From UHGV virus genome UHGV-0068847: a DNA stretch of 27,295 nucleotides. One strand, given 5' to 3'. Made by a program: the position numbers and the translations under genes. The notes below the pieces were generated by a model. The model did no database searches. It worked only from the letters and a program-made list of their open reading frames with translations, and was not told the origin of the DNA. How positions within the stretch are numbered: position 1 is the first letter of the stretch; the number at the start of each line of letters is the position of its first letter. This DNA is from a virus. This document shows, piece by piece, positions 8,151 through 16,711 of this stretch.

Positions 8151-8330
8151 GTGCGCGAACTTAATCGAAGGTTCAAAGACAACCGCGGAGTGCCAGTCCG
8201 TGTTATCCGCTGGGAGCCAGAAACACAGCGCGTTATCTATCTGCGTGATGGCTACCCGCACGAATGCTTCAGCCCACTTGAGCATTTCAGGCAAAAGTTC
8301 AGGGAGATAACGGACGATCATGAGCACTAA
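8151..8330 (+). CDS. Candidate small protein (59 aa, GTG start)
   Basis: Hand-translated VRELNRRFKDNRGVPVRVIRWEPETQRVIYLRDGYPHECFSPLEHFRQKFREITDDHEH; GGAGG 9 nt upstream; ends overlapping the next start; competes with the Ser/Arg-rich ORF 7984..8310. Confidence 0.3.
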   Translation: MRELNRRFKDNRGVPVRVIRWEPETQRVIYLRDGYPHECFSPLEHFRQKFREITDDHEH

Positions 8331-9186
8331 ATTAACCGGCTACGTATGGGATGGTTGCGCAGCGTCGGGCATGAAGTTGTCTAGTGTCGCGATCATGGCT
8401 CGCCTTGCTGATTTCAGCAGCGATGAAGGTGTGTGCTGGCCGTCCATTGAAACTATTGCTCGCCAGCTTGGCGCAGGGCCGAGCACTATCAGAACGGCAA
8501 TCGCAAAGCTTGAAAAAGATGGCTGGCTCACGCGCACACAGCGCCGTAATGGTAACCGTAATGCTTCGAACGTGTACCGCCTGAATGTGGCGAAACTTCA
8601 GGCTGCCGCATTTTCTCAACTGTCAGATTCTGACACGTCAAAATCTGACGCATCAAAATTTGACGCCTCAAAAACTGACCCGTCGAAATCTGGCAAAAAC
8701 GGCGGTTTTGACCCGTCAGAATCTGGCGGGGATCCGTCAGTAAAATCAACACAAGATCCACAAGTAACTTCAAAACCCTCTTGTCCGGTTGCGGCGCAAC
8801 CCGACCCTGAGATTGTGATTACTGATCAGGCCAGACAGGTTTTGTCTTACCTGAACCAGACAACTGGTTCACGCTATCAGGTATGCAGCACGTCGCTGGA
8901 GAACATTCGTGCCCGTCTGCGGGAACGGTTCACTGTTGATGATCTGTGCCTTGTGGTGGATTACAAAAACGCTGATTGGCGTGATAGCGAGCAGGCTCAA
9001 TATCTCCGTCCGGCAACTCTGTTTATTCCAAAAAACTTCCCTGGTTACCTGCAAAGCGCGACCAAATGGTCTGCCGCTGGGCGACCTGAGCGCGTTAACG
9101 GTAAATGGACGGCTAACTCAGCCAGCCGCGCAAGCTTCCAAAATGTTGACTACTCACTTCCAGAACATTCGGGGTTCCGCTCATGA
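8320..9186 (+). CDS. Replication initiator-like protein (N-terminal HTH, phage conserved C-terminal domain)
   Basis: N-terminal HTH-like region; central low-complexity S/D/K repeat encoded by the iterons; position after cII-like as in lambda O. Confidence 0.55.
   Translation: MSTKLTGYVWDGCAASGMKLSSVAIMARLADFSSDEGVCWPSIETIARQLGAGPSTIRTAIAKLEKDGWLTRTQRRNGNRNASNVYRLNVAKLQAAAFSQLSDSDTSKSDASKFDASKTDPSKSGKNGGFDPSESGGDPSVKSTQDPQVTSKPSCPVAAQPDPEIVITDQARQVLSYLNQTTGSRYQVCSTSLENIRARLRERFTVDDLCLVVDYKNADWRDSEQAQYLRPATLFIPKNFPGYLQSATKWSAAGRPERVNGKWTANSASRASFQNVDYSLPEHSGFRS
8621..8723. repeat. Tandem 15-bp iterons (putative replication origin) inside the initiator gene
   Basis: TGACACGTCAAAATC, TGACGCATCAAAATT, TGACGCCTCAAAAAC, TGACCCGTCGAAATC in tandem at 8631-8690, with degenerate copies at 8621-8630 and 8709-8723. 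Confidence 0.55.
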
Positions 9187-10064
9187 TGCCAAATAAATAT
9201 TGCCAGTCGCTGGCAGAACTGCGCAGTAAACCAGCTCACGAATTGAAAGAAGTTGGCGATCAGTGGCGAACACCGGATCTGCTGTTTTGGGGGATCAACG
9301 CGCTATTTGGTCCATTAGTTCTGGATTTGTTTGCTGACGACGACAACGCGAAATGCCCGGCATGGTACACCGCCGAAGATAACGCGCTGACCCAGGACTG
9401 GTCTGAACGTCTGGCAGAACTGGGTGGCGCAGGTTATGGCAACCCACCGTATAGCCGTTCGCAGTACCACGAGAAACAGGCGATCACTGGTATGACGCAC
9501 ATCATGAAGTACGCAGCAGCCCAGTGCGAGAAGGGCGGTCGCTATGTATTCCTGATAAAAGCCGCGCCAAGTGAAACGTGGTGGCCGGAAGATGCCGATC
9601 ACATTGTATTCATTCGCGGGCGCATTGGGTTCGATCTGCCAGTGTGGTTTGTACCTGCTGACGAAAAACAGAAGCCCACCAGCGCGTTTTTTGCCGGTGC
9701 CATAGCTGTATTCGATAAGTCATGGCGTGGTGAGCGGTTCAGCTATATCAACCGCACAGAACTGGAGGCAAAAGGTCGGGCATTTATGGCGCTGGCTCAA
9801 TTCGCTGTTGGCAAAGAGCCGACAATTGCAATGCGAGCACCCCAGGAGCCAGTCATACCATCGGAAACTGAGTCACGTATCTGGCCTCTCGAGGTTGGTC
9901 TGGTGTTTAACCAGGTGGAAGGCGTTGACGTATTGAGTGAGGCTCAGCAGAACAAGCTGAAAGCCAACATCAATCAACTCTGGCTGGAACGAACGGCCAC
10001 CAGCGAAATTATCACAATTGCGCGTGGTCTTGTCGGCAGCATGCAGGGGGTAACCCATGCGTGA
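9183..10064 (+). CDS. Dam-family DNA N6-adenine methyltransferase
   Basis: NPPY catalytic motif (GYGNPPYSRS) and phage Dam-like N-terminal region (WRTPDLLFWGINALFGP). Confidence 0.8.
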   Translation: MMPNKYCQSLAELRSKPAHELKEVGDQWRTPDLLFWGINALFGPLVLDLFADDDNAKCPAWYTAEDNALTQDWSERLAELGGAGYGNPPYSRSQYHEKQAITGMTHIMKYAAAQCEKGGRYVFLIKAAPSETWWPEDADHIVFIRGRIGFDLPVWFVPADEKQKPTSAFFAGAIAVFDKSWRGERFSYINRTELEAKGRAFMALAQFAVGKEPTIAMRAPQEPVIPSETESRIWPLEVGLVFNQVEGVDVLSEAQQNKLKANINQLWLERTATSEIITIARGLVGSMQGVTHA

Positions 10065-11946
10065 GATTATCGTTGATAACTTTGCTGGTGGCGGTGGCGC
10101 ATCAACGGGTATTGAACTGGCGATCGGACGCAGCGTGGATATTGCGATCAACCACGACGAAAACGCCATTGCGATGCACAAGACGAATCACCCGGAAACA
10201 CTGCATTACTGCGAATCCGTATTTGACGTGGATCCGGTAGCCGCCACCGGAGGTAATCCTGTCGGCCTGGCATGGTTTAGCCCGGACTGCCGACACTTCT
10301 CGAAGGCAAAAGGCGCCAAGCCTGTGAAAAAAGAGATACGCGGTCTGGCCTGGATTGTTCTGCGTTGGGCACTGGCAAAGCGACCGCGCGTGATGATGCT
10401 GGAGAACGTGGAAGAGTTCAAAACGTGGGGACCGCTATTACCAGCTGAGCCACAAAATCCCAATCTGGTGGGGGATGATTTGGCTGCATTTGTTGGCCCA
10501 GTTATACCGCCTTATGATGCGCAGCGTCCGGATCCGGCACGAGCTGGTGAAACATTTGAGGCATTTGTCGGCATGCTATCCACTGGTATTCCTGCTGATC
10601 ACCCGGCACTGGCTGAGGTTTGTGAGTTTCTGTCTATCGAAAGAGGTAGCGAGCAGGCGCAAAAGCTGGTGGATGGGCTTGGATATGATGTTGATTATCG
10701 CGAACTACGCGCGTGTGATTACGGCGCGCCGACGATCCGCAAACGCTTCTTCATGGTTATGCGCTGCGATGGCTGCCCAATCCAGTGGCCTGCAGTTACC
10801 CATGGGGATCCTAAGTCTCTGGAGGTGCAGAGCGGCAGGCTGATGCCATGGCGTACCGCTGCGGAATGTATCGACTGGAATGTTCCGGCCCTGTCCATCT
10901 TCGACCGCAAAAAAACGCTGGCGGAGAACACGCTGAAGCGGATCGCGCGCGGCATACAGCGCTTTGTTATCGAAAGTGCGTCGCCGTTTATCGTGAAGTG
11001 CAATCACACCAGCACCAAAACGAGTTACGACTGTTTCCGTGGTCAGAAGCTGGACGAGCCTTTGCAAACTATTACTAAAACCCACGGTTACGCGTTAGCT
11101 GTTCCACACCTGACAAAATTCCGCACTGGGGCAACCGGGCAGCCCGTTACCGAACCTGTCCCGACGGTAACCGCTGGCACGTCAAAACGCCCGGGTGGGA
11201 ATGGGCATGCACTCGGGATTGTTGAGGCTGCACTGACGCCATTCCTGGCGGGTAATGGTGGTAGTGAATACCAGGCTAAACCGCGCCCGCTGGATAAACC
11301 TGCTCATACCATTATGAAGCAATCCCGCGCCTGTCTTGTTGCGCCAGTGATAGCCCGCCAGTTTGGGGCCAGCGTCGGCCACCGGGCAGACGAACCGAGC
11401 GCCACAATTACAGCTGGTGGTGGAGGTAAATCACAATTGGTGGGCGCGTTTCTGGCTAAACACTACGGCGGTAACTATACGGGACCGGGTGTCAGTATGG
11501 ATGAACCCGCACACTCAGTGACCACTGTCGATCATCATGCGGTTGTTGCCTCTCATTTGGTGAAACTGCGTGGAACATGCCGCGACGGGCAACGTCTTGA
11601 TGTGCCCATGCCAACAATCACCTCTGGTGGCCAACACGTGGGTGAGGTACGCACATTTCTCGAGACGTATTGCGGGGAAAGTGACGATGAATGGCTGGTA
11701 ACGATCGATGGGGTTAAATACCAGATCGTTGATATCGGAATGCGCATGTTGCAGCCGCATGAACTCTACAAAGCGCAGGGCTTCCCGGATGGATACGTTA
11801 TTGATCAGGACTACCGTGGAAATCGCTATGCAAAAGATAAGCAGGTAGCCCGCTGTGGTAATGCGGTACCACCACCATTCGCCAGGGCGCTGGTGGAGGC
11901 AAATCTTCCGGAACTGTGTGCAGTGCAACATCAGGAGGTGGCATGA
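10057..11946 (+). CDS. DNA cytosine-5 methyltransferase (629 aa)
   Basis: Motif I FAGGGG, ENV, QxRxR-like IRKRFF, GNAV; catalytic Cys lies in SPDCRHFS instead of canonical PCQ; start overlaps the Dam stop. Confidence 0.8.
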   Translation: MREIIVDNFAGGGGASTGIELAIGRSVDIAINHDENAIAMHKTNHPETLHYCESVFDVDPVAATGGNPVGLAWFSPDCRHFSKAKGAKPVKKEIRGLAWIVLRWALAKRPRVMMLENVEEFKTWGPLLPAEPQNPNLVGDDLAAFVGPVIPPYDAQRPDPARAGETFEAFVGMLSTGIPADHPALAEVCEFLSIERGSEQAQKLVDGLGYDVDYRELRACDYGAPTIRKRFFMVMRCDGCPIQWPAVTHGDPKSLEVQSGRLMPWRTAAECIDWNVPALSIFDRKKTLAENTLKRIARGIQRFVIESASPFIVKCNHTSTKTSYDCFRGQKLDEPLQTITKTHGYALAVPHLTKFRTGATGQPVTEPVPTVTAGTSKRPGGNGHALGIVEAALTPFLAGNGGSEYQAKPRPLDKPAHTIMKQSRACLVAPVIARQFGASVGHRADEPSATITAGGGGKSQLVGAFLAKHYGGNYTGPGVSMDEPAHSVTTVDHHAVVASHLVKLRGTCRDGQRLDVPMPTITSGGQHVGEVRTFLETYCGESDDEWLVTIDGVKYQIVDIGMRMLQPHELYKAQGFPDGYVIDQDYRGNRYAKDKQVARCGNAVPPPFARALVEANLPELCAVQHQEVA

Positions 11947-12329
11947 AACTTGTGCTCCCGTTCCCTCCGAGCGTGAACACCTACTGGCGCGCCCCTAACA
12001 AGGGGCCGCTGGCCGGTCGTCACCTCATTAGCGCTGATGGCCGTAAATACCAGAGCGCTGCCTGCGTGGCGATCATTGAGCAATTACGACGTCTCCCGAA
12101 GCCATCGACTGAACTGGCAGCGGTAGAAATCACTCTGTACCCGCCGGATGCGCGCCGCCGGGATATCGATAATTACAACAAAGCCCTGTTTGACGCGCTG
12201 ACGCATGCGGGTGTCTGGGAAGACGACAGCCAGATTAAGCGCATGCTGGTGGAATGGGGACCCGTAGTGCCGAAAGGTCGGGTAGAGATAACGATCAGCA
12301 GATATGAACCGGCGGGTGCAGCCGCCTGA
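11943..12329 (+). CDS. rusA: RusA-type Holliday junction resolvase
   Basis: MKLVLPFPPSVNTYWR start typical of RusA; ATG at 11943 overlaps the upstream stop and follows GGAGGTGG. Confidence 0.8.
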   Translation: MKLVLPFPPSVNTYWRAPNKGPLAGRHLISADGRKYQSAACVAIIEQLRRLPKPSTELAAVEITLYPPDARRRDIDNYNKALFDALTHAGVWEDDSQIKRMLVEWGPVVPKGRVEITISRYEPAGAAA

Positions 12330-12342
12330 TATGGAGAAAAGT

Positions 12343-13029
12343 ATGAGCCAGTTAATCGTGAATGGTGTAGTAACAATGTCCAGCCGTGATATTGCGGATC
12401 TGGTTCAGAGTAAACACAGTGACGTGAAACGCTCGGCTGAGCGTCTTGTTGCTGCGGGAATTTTAACCGCGCCGTTGGCGCAGTTCGATTTTGAGCATAA
12501 CGGCAATGTTTACCAGGAGTATCGTTTTAACAAACGCGACTCTCTGGTGATTGTTGCCAGACTGTCACCAGAATTTACCGCTGCGGTTGTTGATCGGTGG
12601 CAGGAACTGGAAGAAGGGCAGAGTGTCAGTGTTCCCCGCTCATTGCCGGAAGCGCTTCGCCTGGCTGCTGATTTAGCCGAGCAGAAAGAGCAACTGACCA
12701 TCCAGCTGGCAGCTGCGGCGCCAAAAGTGGAGTTTGTTGATCGTTATTGCTCTGCAAAAGGCTCCATGTCATTCCGGCAGGTAGCCAAATTGCTCAACGC
12801 AAAAGAAACTGAGTTCCGCCTGTTCCTTATTGAACGCAATATCCTGTATCGCCTCGGCGGCACACTTACCCCTATGGCGCAGCACATTTCCGCAGGAAGA
12901 TTTGAAGTTAAGACGGGAACATCGAACACATCCAATCACGCATTTAGCCAGACGCGTTTCACTGCCAAGGGAGTACGCTGGATTGGTGGTTTGTGGGCTG
13001 AACATATTGCAGGGGGGCAGGCGGCGTGA
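12343..13029 (+). CDS. Rha-family regulator / KilAC-domain antirepressor-like protein
   Basis: Rha-like N-terminus (LIVNGVVTMSSRDIADLV) and KilAC-like C-terminal region; ATG at 12343 follows GGAG. Confidence 0.6.
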   Translation: MSQLIVNGVVTMSSRDIADLVQSKHSDVKRSAERLVAAGILTAPLAQFDFEHNGNVYQEYRFNKRDSLVIVARLSPEFTAAVVDRWQELEEGQSVSVPRSLPEALRLAADLAEQKEQLTIQLAAAAPKVEFVDRYCSAKGSMSFRQVAKLLNAKETEFRLFLIERNILYRLGGTLTPMAQHISAGRFEVKTGTSNTSNHAFSQTRFTAKGVRWIGGLWAEHIAGGQAA

Positions 13030-14021
13030 GGGCTTTGTTAACTCCTGAAGTAGCCCATCGTATGGGGATTGTGTTGTTTCGTCCCGGCGCGGAACTGATG
13101 CACCTCTTCATGCGTGGTCGCGTTCTGCTCGAACCTGAACCAGAAGAAATGGCGTCATTCAGTACCGGGGCTGTTCCGGCAGCCATTCAGCCGCTGGCTG
13201 ATGATCCGGTAATGCGGCAGGTCTTCGGGAATGAGCGGGTTATTCAGCGTGCCGGTGGGCTTCCTTCCCTTGAGCAGTGGCTGAGTTCTCGGTTTGAATG
13301 CCAGTGGCCACATTCATCGTGGCACGACAAGAACTTCACAACAATGCGGCACCCACCAGGAAGCATTCGCCTGTGCTGGCATTGCGATCACACTTTGTCG
13401 GGGCAGCATACCGAACAGCTTGCAGGTATAGCGGCAGGAAACCTGGTATCCTGGATTCTGGAAGTCATTCGGCGTGATTCTGGTTTTCCCGAGTCGCATA
13501 TCCTGACGCTTCCGGAACTGTGCTGGTGGATGGTCAGAAACGACCTGGCTGATGTTATTCCGGAAAGCGTTGCGCACAAAGGGCTGCGCCTCCCGGATGA
13601 GAACATCCGCTCTGTCATGAGGGAAAGCGACATTGTGCCTTCAGCGTCTGCAACCAGCCTCGTGCAGGAGAAGGCGAAGAAGATCCTCACGCTCTCTGTT
13701 GATCCGGAGTCTCCAGAATCTTTCATGCTCAGGCCAAAGCGACGCCGCTGGATAAATGAGACGTACACCCGCTGGGTTAAAACACAACCCTGTGAGTGTT
13801 GCCGACGGCCAGCAGATGATCCGCACCATATCGTAGGGCACGGTATGGGTGGTACAGCAACAAAAGCCCATGACCTCTTCGTGATCCCTCTGTGCAGAGA
13901 GTGCCACGACGAGTTACACGCCGATGTACCAGCATTCGAGCAGAAGCATGGTACGCAGCTTGAGCTGCTACTGCGTTTTATGGATCGGGCGCTGGCGATC
14001 GGCGTAATTGCGAAAGCTTAA
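13026..14021 (+). CDS. DUF968-type protein with C-terminal Cys/His (HNH-like) motif
   Basis: C-terminal CECCRRPADDPHHIVGHGMGG...CRECHDELH; sits directly upstream of the Q-like gene, as ydfU does next to quuQ in Qin. Confidence 0.55.
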   Translation: MRALLTPEVAHRMGIVLFRPGAELMHLFMRGRVLLEPEPEEMASFSTGAVPAAIQPLADDPVMRQVFGNERVIQRAGGLPSLEQWLSSRFECQWPHSSWHDKNFTTMRHPPGSIRLCWHCDHTLSGQHTEQLAGIAAGNLVSWILEVIRRDSGFPESHILTLPELCWWMVRNDLADVIPESVAHKGLRLPDENIRSVMRESDIVPSASATSLVQEKAKKILTLSVDPESPESFMLRPKRRRWINETYTRWVKTQPCECCRRPADDPHHIVGHGMGGTATKAHDLFVIPLCRECHDELHADVPAFEQKHGTQLELLLRFMDRALAIGVIAKA

Positions 14022-14732
14022 GTGTATGGAGCGCAAAGAAGCATGAATCAACAAGACCTGAATTTTGTAAGAATAGAATTGCGCCGCGCGCTACCTGACC
14101 TCTCTGGGGGAACAAAAGGGCAGCTTGAGGCTTTCAGTGAACACCCACCAGCAGACAAAAATGCCACCCCGCGCCGTGGAATTCATCTCGTCGAACTCGA
14201 AGGAGAGAAGGGGCCACGCTTTGTTAACTCGCTTTCCGCGCCACTGTATGTGCTGGAAACACGCAGCCGCCGCAGGCCAATGCCGCCGATAAAAGATGCG
14301 GAATTTGAGTCCGCGCCGTGGCGTAGGGCAGTGTCCGCGCTTAGTGGATACCAGCAGGCCTGGTTGCGGTACTGCTACGGTTTTGACCTTAGCTATAAGC
14401 ACCAGGTGATGATGTGTGAATACGTCTGGAAAACTTATCAGAAATGCCTGGGTGAAAACTCGCTTCAGGAGCGTGTAGTAAAGAAACTGATAGGTCTGGT
14501 ATGGCTGGCAGGGCAGGAAATTGCCGCAAACAGAAATAATGAAACCTATAAAGACTATGCTGGTGCAGCGTTGGCCCGCATGGTTAGCGTTGACCGTTCG
14601 ACATGGTTGCGTGTCTATTCATGGCACTGGGCTGGGTTAAAGGCCGCTTTTACCCAGCTTGATGAATCTGCGTTGGCAATGGCTCTTGAATACTATGAGG
14701 AAGAAGAAGCCCTCAAAGTGGCAGAAATGTGA
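14022..14732 (+). CDS. Putative late-gene antiterminator (QuuQ/Q-like)
   Basis: Positional: last nin-region gene, after DUF968, followed by a tR'-like terminator and the lysis cassette; no motif-level confirmation. Confidence 0.5.
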   Translation: MYGAQRSMNQQDLNFVRIELRRALPDLSGGTKGQLEAFSEHPPADKNATPRRGIHLVELEGEKGPRFVNSLSAPLYVLETRSRRRPMPPIKDAEFESAPWRRAVSALSGYQQAWLRYCYGFDLSYKHQVMMCEYVWKTYQKCLGENSLQERVVKKLIGLVWLAGQEIAANRNNETYKDYAGAALARMVSVDRSTWLRVYSWHWAGLKAAFTQLDESALAMALEYYEEEEALKVAEM

Positions 14733-14825
14733 AGTAAATTTCACTATCTCCTTCAAACGCGCTTGCAAAATGCAACAAAATAAGCCATATTTTAAGCATA
14801 TTTGATATGTTGCCAAAATTTTATA

Positions 14826-14853
14826 AACCCGCCGATGAGCGGGTTTTATTATT
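14826..14853 (+). terminator. Rho-independent terminator (tR'-like) downstream of the Q-like gene
   Basis: AAACCCGC-cgatga-GCGGGTTTTATTATT hairpin plus U-tract. Confidence 0.55.
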
Positions 14854-14948
14854 GTTGTTGGATGAAACTGAGGGGAAAGGTTAAAATTTGCCCTTCACCC
14901 GCCGGGTGATGTGCACATGAGTGCTATAAACTCCACATGGAGAGCATC

Positions 14949-15242
14949 ATGGTTAATTTAGATAGTCACCATTTTCATACCCTACGTTTTATTCATTCTT
15001 GTTATTTGTCTAATGAAGGTATGAATACTTTTGTGCAATTGTTATTCGTATCCAATCATCAGGATCCTGACGGCACATACCATGGGGTATTTCCAGATAC
15101 CAAGGTTGGTATAAGTATGACTGAATACCTATACCAAAAAACTTGCTCATCATCAGAGAAGGCTAAGTCATTAAAACCAACCTGGTTGCATTGGCGACAA
15201 CAGGAAGCTCTGGAGCTAAAACGAAATCCCTTTGATATTTAA
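14949..15242 (+). CDS. Moron ORF of unknown function (97 aa from ATG 14949; ORF track starts at 14937)
   Basis: GGAG 7 nt upstream of ATG 14949; own terminator immediately downstream; region looks AT-rich by eye; sits between tR' and the holin. Confidence 0.4.
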   Translation: MVNLDSHHFHTLRFIHSCYLSNEGMNTFVQLLFVSNHQDPDGTYHGVFPDTKVGISMTEYLYQKTCSSSEKAKSLKPTWLHWRQQEALELKRNPFDI

Positions 15243-15256
15243 ATTTGAGATTTACC

Positions 15257-15287
15257 AGCCCTGGCATTCGCCGGGGCTTTTTTATTT
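15257..15287 (+). terminator. Rho-independent terminator after the moron ORF
   Basis: AGCCCTGGC-attc-GCCGGGGCT hairpin followed by TTTTTTATTT. Confidence 0.55.
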
Positions 15288-15391
15288 CAGGCTCACGGGA
15301 ATCATCCACGATACATATTGTTGATAAATCCAGCCCGTGAAGCCTGACCCTTTCATCACACAGCGCCATCCGAATAATCGGAGGTAGGGCT

Positions 15392-15670
15392 ATGACCAGA
15401 ATGAGCACCATTTACAGCAGACTTTCATATGGATCAGGAACCACGCTTGCCGGCTGCGGTGTATCAGCGAAGGCATATGCCGAAACAGCTAAAACAGCAA
15501 AAGAGGTGTCCTGGATGTTGGCCGACAGAATTGCAGGGTTAAGCCTGAGCGACTGGGCAATTATTGTCGGTATCGCATGCACAGTTATCACTTGTGCAGT
15601 GAACTGGTATTTCCGCTGGAAAGAACGGGAGGATCGGCGCAATGGCTATGCCACCAAAGCTGAAGAATAA
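15392..15670 (+). CDS. Class II holin (phage 21 S-like pinholin candidate)
   Basis: C-terminal TM plus YFRWKEREDRR resembling phage 21 S; M-T-R-M dual-start motif; GGAGGT RBS. Confidence 0.7.
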   Translation: MTRMSTIYSRLSYGSGTTLAGCGVSAKAYAETAKTAKEVSWMLADRIAGLSLSDWAIIVGIACTVITCAVNWYFRWKEREDRRNGYATKAEE

Positions 15671-16190
15671 ACTGAGCGCAGCGGTCGTTGGTTTGATTCT
15701 TGCGGGGGCTTCCGCGCCCGTGATTCTCGATCAGTTTCTGGATGAGAAAGAGGGTAACAGCCTGACAGCATATCGCGACGGCGGCGGAATCTGGACTATT
15801 TGCCGTGGCGCCACGATGGTTGATGGTAAGCCAGTAGTTCAGGGCATGAAGCTGTCTGCTGAGAAATGCGCCAAGGTGAACGCCATAGAACGCGACAAGG
15901 CGCTGGCGTGGGTTGAGCGAAATATCAAAGTACCACTGACCGAACCACAGAAAGCGGGTATTGCGTCATTTTGTCCTTACAACATCGGCCCCGGAAAATG
16001 TTTCCCTTCTACGTTCTATAAGCGCATTAACGCTGGTGACCGTAAAGGCGCCTGTGAAGCGATCCGCTGGTGGATTAAAGACGGCGGCCGCGACTGTCGT
16101 CTGACCAAAGGCCAGAAAAATGGGTGCTATGGGCAGGTCGAGCGGCGCGATCAAGAAAGTGCGCTGACGTGCTGGGGGATTGACCGGTGA
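15642..16190 (+). CDS. SAR endolysin (T4-lysozyme-type muramidase with N-terminal signal-arrest-release segment)
   Basis: Hydrophobic N-terminus [19 protein letters not shown] followed by E-x8-D-x5-T catalytic spacing ([16 protein letters not shown]); overlaps the holin 3' end. Confidence 0.85.
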   Translation: MAMPPKLKNKLSAAVVGLILAGASAPVILDQFLDEKEGNSLTAYRDGGGIWTICRGATMVDGKPVVQGMKLSAEKCAKVNAIERDKALAWVERNIKVPLTEPQKAGIASFCPYNIGPGKCFPSTFYKRINAGDRKGACEAIRWWIKDGGRDCRLTKGQKNGCYGQVERRDQESALTCWGIDR

Positions 16191-16651
16191 GTCGACTAAC
16201 AAACATCATCATTACTGTGATCATCTGCATAATCTTATCTCTAGGCTGGGCCGTTAACCACTACCGCGACAACGCGATCACCTACAAAGACCAACGCAAC
16301 AAAGCAACTGAAAAGCTCAGCCTAGCTAACGTTACTATCACCGACATGCAAACCCGCCAGCGCGATGTCGCTGCACTGGATGCCAAATATACGAAGGAGT
16401 TAGCTGATGCGAAAAACACCATTAGCGGTCTACGTGGCGATGTTGAGTCTGGGCGCAAGCAGCTGCGCGTTGCAGCCGCCTGCAATAAAGTGCGTCAAAC
16501 CACCGACACCGCCAGCATGGATGATGCAACCGGCCCCAGACTTACTGACACCGCTCAACGGGATTATTTCACTCTCAGAGAGCGAATAGAAACTGTCACC
16601 AAGCAACTTGCCGGATTACAAGAATATGTCAGTGCGCAGAATTTAAAATGA
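16187..16651 (+). CDS. Rz: Rz i-spanin
   Basis: N-terminal TM ([28 protein letters not shown]) highly similar to lambda Rz; GTG start overlapping the endolysin stop. Confidence 0.8.
   Translation: MSRLTNIIITVIICIILSLGWAVNHYRDNAITYKDQRNKATEKLSLANVTITDMQTRQRDVAALDAKYTKELADAKNTISGLRGDVESGRKQLRVAAACNKVRQTTDTASMDDATGPRLTDTAQRDYFTLRERIETVTKQLAGLQEYVSAQNLK
16407..16589 (+). CDS. Rz1: Rz1 o-spanin lipoprotein, embedded in Rz in the +1 frame
   Basis: Signal peptide ending in a Cys lipobox-like LGASSC, then a proline-rich segment; nested entirely within Rz. Confidence 0.7.
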   Translation: MRKTPLAVYVAMLSLGASSCALQPPAIKCVKPPTPPAWMMQPAPDLLTPLNGIISLSESE

Positions 16652-16711
16652 CTTGTCACCTATTTCGCTGTCTGATTAGTTATTCAATATTAGTTGGCAT
16701 AGCGTTAGTAA

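Noticed and set aside
8621-8723. Tandem repeats considered as a CRISPR array
   Set aside because: Units are 15 bp with no spacers, lie inside a coding sequence and preserve its frame; they are iterons and a peptide repeat.
10102-11085. Minus-strand ORFs inside the C5 methyltransferase gene (10102..10296, 10206..10463, 10705..11085, 10719..11003)
   Set aside because: Antisense to a gene with clear methyltransferase motifs; no RBS and low-complexity products.
14733-14940. tRNA gene between the Q-like gene and the moron, as found in Stx phages
   Set aside because: No cloverleaf-compatible stems or conserved T-loop/anticodon arrangement seen by eye; only a terminator hairpin is present.
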